From an uncultured Candidatus Binatia bacterium (GTDB lineage: Bacteria > Desulfobacterota > Binatia > Bin18): a stretch of 64,000 nt of DNA. The stretch is taken from assembly GCA_965200965.1 (NCBI GenBank), contig OZ241744.1, positions 3,456,001 through 3,520,000 of the forward strand, written 5' to 3'. Made by a program: the position numbers and the translations under genes. Shown here piece after piece: positions 58,215 to 64,000 of the stretch. Within the stretch, counting starts at the first letter, position 1. Every line of letters starts with the position of its first letter. The notes below the pieces were generated by a model. It did no database searches and was not told the DNA's origin. It saw only the letters and a list, made by a program, of their open reading frames with translations.

Positions 58215-59582
58215 ATGGCGCATAACAGCTTACACGACCCCTTTGACCCCCAGACATCGCTTGAGCACGCCCACGGTCATGGCCCGCGGCCCGGGCCGGC
58301 CGACCAAGCTCTTCCAGACACGCCTGAGCAGATCATTGACCGTGTGGTGGAAAGTGCGGTAGTGCGCGCCCTGTTTGGCGGCACTGAGGTGAGCCGCCGG
58401 CGGTTCATGCAGGCGGTTGGGGCAGGCGGGGCCGCGGCGCTTATCGAATCGCTCTTCCCGCTCAAAACCGCCAAAGCAATGGCTCAGGAGCAGGCCGGCG
58501 CGATTGAAAAGAAAGACCTGACGATTGGCTTCATCCCGATTACCTGCGCCACGCCGATCATCATGGCCGAGCCGATGGGCTTCTATGCCAAACACGGGCT
58601 GAACGCCAAGGTCCGCCGGGCCGCCGGCTGGGCTATGGTCCGGGACTGGTCCATCAACAAAGATGTTGACGCCGCCCACATGCTGAGCCCCATGCCCCTG
58701 TCGATTACGCTGGGGGCCGGCTCCAAGCAAGTGCCCTACTTCATGCCGGCGGTCGAAAACATCAACGGCCAAGCCATTACCCTGCACGCCAAGCATAAAG
58801 GCGTCACCTCGGCCCAGGACATGAAAGGCTTCCGGTTCTGCGTGCCCTTTCGCTACTCCATGCACAACTATCTGCTACGCTACTACTTGGCCGAGGGCGG
58901 TGTCCACCCGGACAAGGATGTGCAGATCCGCGTCGTCCCGCCCCCGGAGATGGTGGCCAACCTCAGGGCCGAGAACGTTGACGGCTATCTCGCCCCCGAC
59001 CCCTTCAATCAGCGGGCGGTGTACGAAAACGCCGGCTTCATCTATCTGCTGTCAAAAGAGATCTGGGACCGCCACCCGTGCTGCGCCTTTGCCATTTCTC
59101 AGGAGTTCGCCTCACGCTACCCGAACACCTTTCTGGCCCTGTTCCGGTCTATTGTGGACGCCACCCACTACGCCTCCAAGCCGGAAAACCGCCAGGACAT
59201 CGCTAAAGCCATTGCGCCCAAAAACTACCTCAACCAGCCCGTCATTGTGCTTGAGCAAGTCCTGACCGGCAGGTTTGCCGATGGGCTTGGCAATATCAGG
59301 AATGTGCCCGACCGGATCGACTTTGACCCTTTTCCCTGGCATTCGATGGCGGTCTGGATTCTGACCCAGATGAAACGCTGGAAGCATGTCGAGAGCGACT
59401 TTGACTATAAAAAAGTCGCCGAAGAGGTCTATCTGGCTGCGGAGTGCGACAAAATCTCCCAGGAACTCGGCTATGACGCCCATCCCCAGACCTACCGCTC
59501 ACATGTCCTGATGGGCCAGACCTTCGATCCCAGCCAGCCCGAGGCCTATGTGCAGAGCTTTCCCATCAACAATCTTTCATAA
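58215..59582 (+). CDS. CmpA/NrtA-family ABC substrate-binding protein (probable cyanate-binding CynA)
   Basis: Tat-like SRRRFM, IGFIPITCATP, PPPEMVANL, HPCC; adjacent to cynS. Confidence 0.9.
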   Translation: MAHNSLHDPFDPQTSLEHAHGHGPRPGPADQALPDTPEQIIDRVVESAVVRALFGGTEVSRRRFMQAVGAGGAAALIESLFPLKTAKAMAQEQAGAIEKKDLTIGFIPITCATPIIMAEPMGFYAKHGLNAKVRRAAGWAMVRDWSINKDVDAAHMLSPMPLSITLGAGSKQVPYFMPAVENINGQAITLHAKHKGVTSAQDMKGFRFCVPFRYSMHNYLLRYYLAEGGVHPDKDVQIRVVPPPEMVANLRAENVDGYLAPDPFNQRAVYENAGFIYLLSKEIWDRHPCCAFAISQEFASRYPNTFLALFRSIVDATHYASKPENRQDIAKAIAPKNYLNQPVIVLEQVLTGRFADGLGNIRNVPDRIDFDPFPWHSMAVWILTQMKRWKHVESDFDYKKVAEEVYLAAECDKISQELGYDAHPQTYRSHVLMGQTFDPSQPEAYVQSFPINNLS

Positions 59583-59594
59583 GGAGGAGACAGC

Positions 59595-60038
59595 ATGACA
59601 CGACAGGAAGCGTGCAAGGTGTTACTGGCGGCCAAAAAAGACAGGCGGCTGTCGTTTGCCGAACTGGCGACAGCCCTCGGCCGAGATAAGGTCTGGGTGG
59701 CCGCCGCCCTGATGGGTCAGGCCACCCTGTCCGCGCAAGAAGCCCGGCGGCTCGACGAAGCCCTGGGCACAAGCCCGGCGGTAAGCGCCGCCCTCCAGGA
59801 CCCGCCCCTCAAAGGGGCCTTGGATACCACCGTCCCGGTTGACCCGCTCATCTATCGGTTTCACGAGGTCACCCAAGTCTACGGCACGGCCATGAAAGCC
59901 GTGATCCATGAGATGTTCGGCGATGGCATCATGAGCGCCATTGACTTTGAAATCGATATTCAGAAGCAGGAAGACCCCAAGGGCGACCGAGTGGTTGTGA
60001 CCTACAGCGGCAAGTTTCTCCCCTACCGGAAATGGTGA
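59595..60038 (+). CDS. cynS: Cyanase
   Basis: DPLIYRFHE, FGDGIMSAIDF, GKFLPY. Confidence 0.97.
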   Translation: MTRQEACKVLLAAKKDRRLSFAELATALGRDKVWVAAALMGQATLSAQEARRLDEALGTSPAVSAALQDPPLKGALDTTVPVDPLIYRFHEVTQVYGTAMKAVIHEMFGDGIMSAIDFEIDIQKQEDPKGDRVVVTYSGKFLPYRKW

Positions 60039-60042
60039 GCGT

Positions 60043-61032
60043 ATGAGCACCCCCACTATGTCCCTGCGAGACGCCACGACCGCCTTCCTGATGCAGCAGC
60101 AGAGGGTGGCGGCATCAGAGGAGGCCGGGCCGCGGCCGCCCCGCTCGCGGCTGTCCATCGCCTCCCAGGGGCCGCCCTGGCTGCTGTCTGTCGCCTTGCT
60201 GGGCTGTTTTCTGCTGGGCTGGCATCTGCTGACCGTTCAGCCGGCCTTTGACCAGACCGGCCTGACCCAAGACCAATTGCTGATGCTGGAGTTCAACGGC
60301 GATATTGTGCGGACCGAGGGGGGGACCTACATCTCTAATCCCGACAAAATCCAGGGCATCCCCGGTCCCCTGGTCCTGATCAGCAAAGCGTTTGAGGAGC
60401 TGTCCGCGCCGTTTCACAAGAAGGGCACAAACGATCATGGCGTCGGCCACCTCGTCATCTATACGGTGACGCGCTTTGCCGCCGGCTTTCTCTCGGCCTC
60501 GCTGCTAGCCGTGGGCCTCGGTCTGCTCATTGGTCTGTCGCGCCCGCTCTACCAGGCCCTCAACCCCTTCATCCAGGTCCTGAAGCCAATCTCTCCCCTG
60601 GCCTGGATGCCGCTCCTGCTGTACAGCGTCCAGGACCCGACCTGGACCGCCATCCTCGTTGTCTTTATGGCCTCGCTGTGGCCGACGGTGGCCAATACCG
60701 CGTTTGGGGTCAGCGCGATCCGCAAAGAATACATCCAGGTTGCCCGCCTGCTGCAACTGTCCCTGACTCGTCGCCTCCTCATGGTCATCCTGCCGGCCGC
60801 GGCCCCGACGATTATTGCTGGGCTGCGCATCTCGTTCGGCAGCGCCCTCGTGGCGGTTGTGCCGGCCGAGATGCTGCTCGGTGAACTCGGTCTGGGCTAT
60901 CTGACCTGGATTGAGTGGAACAACCTCGATATTTCCGGGGTCATGTTTGCCATTCTCATCGTCGGGCTGATGGGCATCGTCCTTGACTCCGGCTTCAATC
61001 GGCTCGCCCGGCTTGTGACCTATACGGAGTAG
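60043..61032 (+). CDS. NrtB/CynB-type ABC permease
   Basis: PFIQVLKPISPLAWMP, GLRISFG, LGYLTW. Confidence 0.9.
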   Translation: MSTPTMSLRDATTAFLMQQQRVAASEEAGPRPPRSRLSIASQGPPWLLSVALLGCFLLGWHLLTVQPAFDQTGLTQDQLLMLEFNGDIVRTEGGTYISNPDKIQGIPGPLVLISKAFEELSAPFHKKGTNDHGVGHLVIYTVTRFAAGFLSASLLAVGLGLLIGLSRPLYQALNPFIQVLKPISPLAWMPLLLYSVQDPTWTAILVVFMASLWPTVANTAFGVSAIRKEYIQVARLLQLSLTRRLLMVILPAAAPTIIAGLRISFGSALVAVVPAEMLLGELGLGYLTWIEWNNLDISGVMFAILIVGLMGIVLDSGFNRLARLVTYTE

Positions 61033-61053
61033 CCCCGGCTGGAGGAAGTCAGG

Positions 61054-61851
61054 ATGGCTTTTGTGGAAATTGACCACGTCAGCAAGCATTTTCCGCTGCG
61101 CGAAGGCGAGGCTGGCAAGCGCCGCACCGCGGAGACCTTCTGCGTGTTTCAGCATGTCTCGCTGCGTATTGAAGAAGGAGAGTTTCTCACCCTGGTTGGC
61201 CATTCGGGCTGTGGCAAGAGCACCCTGCTCAATATCCTGGCCGGCTTTGAGACCGCTTCCGAGGGCGGCATGGTCCTGGACGGCAGGGAAGTGCGCGAGC
61301 CGGGCCTAGACCGCATGGTCGTGTTCCAGAACTTTGCCCTCATGCCCTGGCTGTCGGCCTTTGACAATGTCCGCGTGGCAGTCAAAGCGGCCTATCCCAA
61401 GTGGGACAGCGCGCAGGTGGACGGCCATACCCGCAAATACCTCAGCATGATGAACCTGCTTGACGCCGCCAACAAGAAGCCGGCTTTTTTGTCCGGCGGC
61501 ATGCGCCAGCGGGTCGGGCTGGCGCGGGCGTTTGCCGTCCAGCCCAAGGTGCTGCTGCTCGACGAGCCGTTTGCCCAGATCGACGCCCTCACCCGGGGCA
61601 CGATTCAAGAAGAACTGATGAAAATGTGGGACGCAACCGGCACGACGGTCTTCATGGTCACCCATGACGTGGACGAGGCGATCCTGCTGTCCGACCGCAT
61701 TGCGCTGATGACCACCGGGCCGCCCGCCCGGGTGGCCGAATGCCTGGAGGTGACAATTCCCCGACCGCGCTGGCGGGAGACGATTATTGACCTGCCGCAC
61801 TACACCCAGTTGCGCAATGAGGTCTTGCGCTTCCTGATGCGGGCCAGCTAG
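61054..61851 (+). CDS. NrtD/CynD-type ABC ATPase
   Basis: GHSGCGKST, LSGGMRQR, LLDEPF, THDVDEA. Confidence 0.93.
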   Translation: MAFVEIDHVSKHFPLREGEAGKRRTAETFCVFQHVSLRIEEGEFLTLVGHSGCGKSTLLNILAGFETASEGGMVLDGREVREPGLDRMVVFQNFALMPWLSAFDNVRVAVKAAYPKWDSAQVDGHTRKYLSMMNLLDAANKKPAFLSGGMRQRVGLARAFAVQPKVLLLDEPFAQIDALTRGTIQEELMKMWDATGTTVFMVTHDVDEAILLSDRIALMTTGPPARVAECLEVTIPRPRWRETIIDLPHYTQLRNEVLRFLMRAS

Positions 61852-61869
61852 CGCAATGCGCCAGCCGCT

Positions 61870-62079
61870 TCAACTGCTGAACAGCCGGACCGGCAGATAG
61901 GCGTGCTGCATGGCCCGGATATCGGCCAGCGGGGCAAACGCGCCCAACTCTTCAAGCTCCCGCTCCCAGACCATATTGACCAGTGCCGAGAGCCGCGGCC
62001 GCGGGCTGAGCAGGAGCGCCTGGGCCTGGCGGTGTCCGAGGCTGCCCAGCCGCAGGGCGGCACTGACACAACTGACCAG
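61870..62079 (-). pseudogene. ureF: C-terminal fragment of urease accessory protein UreF
   Basis: VSAALRLGSLGHRQAQALL...LGAFAPLADIRAMQHAYLPVRLFSS resembles the UreF C-terminus; N-terminal part missing. Confidence 0.7.
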
Positions 62080-62262
62080 AACGGAAATCGGACACTTGTC
62101 CAAACTGTAGGCGAGAGGTTCGTTGATGAACCGCATGTCATCCCGGCGTAGATTTTCAATTTGCCAACAACCTTGACACCCAAGGCGATGTGTGCAGGTA
62201 TGCGACTGGCCTCAACTATTATCTGTACGGCTACGCGCGGCCAAACTCCAGCAGGAGAGGAT

Positions 62263-63567
62263 ATGTACGTCATGAGAAGGAAGTCTCTGCACACCGCGGC
62301 CCTGATTCTCAGCGGCCTGCTCCTCGGTCCGCTGCCCGGCTGGGCCGCGGAGCCGATCAAGGTCGGGATTCTGCACTCGCTGAGCGGCACAATGGCGATC
62401 AGCGAAACCTCGCTGAAAGATGTCGCCCTGATGGCGATTGAGGAACTGAACGAAAACGGCGGGGTGTTAGGCCGTCAGATCGAGCCGATTGTGGTGGACC
62501 CGGCCTCGGACTGGCCGCTGTTTGCCGAAAAGGCGCGTGAACTGATCCAGCAGGAAAAGGTGGCGGTGGTGTTCGGCTGCTGGACCTCGGTATCGCGCAA
62601 GTCGGTCCTGCCGGTCTTTGAGGAGTTGAACGGCCTGCTGTTCTACCCGGTCCAGCACGAGGGCGAAGAGTCTTCGTTCAATGTCTTCTACACCGGTGCG
62701 GTACCCAACCAGCAGGCCATCCCTGCGGTCGAATACCTGATGAGCGAAGACGGCGGCGGTGCCGAGCGCTTTGTGCTACTGGGCACTGACTATGTGTATC
62801 CGCGTACCACCAACAGGATTCTGAACTACTTTCTCGAATCCAAGGGGGTGGCCAAGGCCGACATCATGGAACTGTACACGCCGTTCGGCCACAGCGACTA
62901 CCAGACCATTGTGTCCGATATCAAGCGCTTTGCCGTCGGTAAACCAACGGCCGTAGTGGCCACCATCAACGGCGACTCCAACGTCCCGTTCTACAAAGAA
63001 CTGGCCGACCAGGGCCTCAAGGCCGAGGCTATCCCGGTGGTGGCTTTTTCGGTCGGCGAGGAAGAACTGCGTTGGATTGACACCGCGCCCCTCGTCGGTC
63101 ATCTGGCGGCCTGGAATTACTTCATGTCGGTTGAGACACCCGAGAACAAAGCCTTTGTCGCCAAGTGGAAAGCCTATGTTAAAAAACATAATCTGCCCGG
63201 CGGCGACAAGCGGGTGACCAACGATCCGATGGAAGCCACCTATCTTGGCATCAAAATGTGGGCCCAGGCGGTTGAGCAGGCCGGGACGACCGACGTTGAC
63301 GCGGTGCGCCAAGCGGTCGGCAATCAGGTCGTGCGCTCGCCCTCGGGTTTTGACATCAGGATGGACGCCAAGAACCATCATCTGTCCAAGCCGGTGTTCA
63401 TCGCCGAGGTCCGAGAAGACGGCCAGTTTGATATCGTGTGGAATACCGACGGACCGATCCGGGCCCAGGCCTGGAGTCCGTTTATTCCCGACAGTGCCGA
63501 GAAGGTCGCTGACTGGACCTATCCGTGGGTGTGTGGCAACTGCACCGAGCCGCGGTTCAAGCACTAA
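62263..63567 (+). CDS. urtA: Urea ABC transporter substrate-binding protein
   Basis: IKVGILHSLSGTMAISE, FGCWTSVSRKSV, GTDYVYPRTTN, TINGDSNV. Confidence 0.95.
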   Translation: MYVMRRKSLHTAALILSGLLLGPLPGWAAEPIKVGILHSLSGTMAISETSLKDVALMAIEELNENGGVLGRQIEPIVVDPASDWPLFAEKARELIQQEKVAVVFGCWTSVSRKSVLPVFEELNGLLFYPVQHEGEESSFNVFYTGAVPNQQAIPAVEYLMSEDGGGAERFVLLGTDYVYPRTTNRILNYFLESKGVAKADIMELYTPFGHSDYQTIVSDIKRFAVGKPTAVVATINGDSNVPFYKELADQGLKAEAIPVVAFSVGEEELRWIDTAPLVGHLAAWNYFMSVETPENKAFVAKWKAYVKKHNLPGGDKRVTNDPMEATYLGIKMWAQAVEQAGTTDVDAVRQAVGNQVVRSPSGFDIRMDAKNHHLSKPVFIAEVREDGQFDIVWNTDGPIRAQAWSPFIPDSAEKVADWTYPWVCGNCTEPRFKH

Positions 63568-63615
63568 ACATCGCCCTCCCCCAGGTGTAAGCCGGTCGGA
63601 CTATCTCGATACCCT

Positions 63616-63879
63616 CTTGCTGAGGTTGCGGAATGGCTTGCACAACAGGGTCGGATCACGCGCGATGATTGCCCCATCCACATTGGGAGATCAAAAACTG
63701 CCCTGATAGACACAGGTTCCATATCTTCTCCGAAGGGAAAAATCCTCCGTCAAGAGACATTACCAAGCGGCTCCTTCGTGTATGTGAATTTCAGCAGTGA
63801 GGTCTGTGTTCAGACGGCTGTGCAACTCCTTGAGCAGTTCGCCGAAGACCCTTCCCAATTCAATGTGCAACTGTCTTAG
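63616..63879 (+). pseudogene. Start-less protein-like fragment, possibly the C-terminal accessory domain of a restriction-nuclease-type protein
   Basis: LAEVAEWLAQQGRI...CPIHIG...LPSGSFVYVNFS...LLEQFAEDPSQFNVQLS*; no start codon between the urtA stop and this stretch. Confidence 0.45.
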
Positions 63880-64000
63880 CGTGCAGGCTGCCCCTTGCAC
63901 ATGCTTGAACGGTGAGGCGGGACCTTGTTGATAGGGGTAGGGGCTGCCGTGCTTGCCGTTGGGGTCACCTTGGGTGGGGTGATCCTGACTGGCCTGCGCG

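Noticed and set aside
62190-62215. Sigma54 promoter for urtA
   Set aside because: GG-N10-GC spacing is present but flanking bases fit the consensus poorly
1-64000. tRNA, rRNA, intact transposase or integrase
   Set aside because: No cloverleaf, rRNA-like stretch or DDE/tyrosine recombinase motif recognised by eye

Overview
A 64-kb GC-rich bacterial chromosomal segment. Gene content and protein styles suggest a deltaproteobacteria-like lineage such as Ca. Binatia, possibly host- or sponge-associated (inference only). 1-11.7 kb is the S10/spc/alpha ribosomal cluster (rplV end to rplQ). It lacks rplX, adk and infA and carries a ~1.07-kb AT-richer insertion between rpsD and rpoA that places an apparently intact Mrr-like PD-(D/E)xK nuclease in frame with RNA polymerase alpha. 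Next come a SPOR gene, trpDCFBA, stand-alone nuoF-nuoG, xth, an LLM oxidoreductase, a PrdB/GrdB-like selenoprotein split by the ORF caller (UGA plus SECIS-like hairpin), lrp-gltB-gltD-grx, ilvB and many catabolic enzymes (MaoC pair, BVMO, LLM, CocE). There is also a 37-bp/39-bp/37-bp repeat-spacer-repeat at the start of a ferritin-like gene, a TA/methyltransferase debris island, two moeA genes, a sigma54-type cyanate uptake/cyanase operon, and a decayed urea locus (orphan urtA, ureF fragment). No rRNA, tRNA, intact transposase or canonical CRISPR array was seen. All family assignments come from motif recognition by eye; no searches were run.
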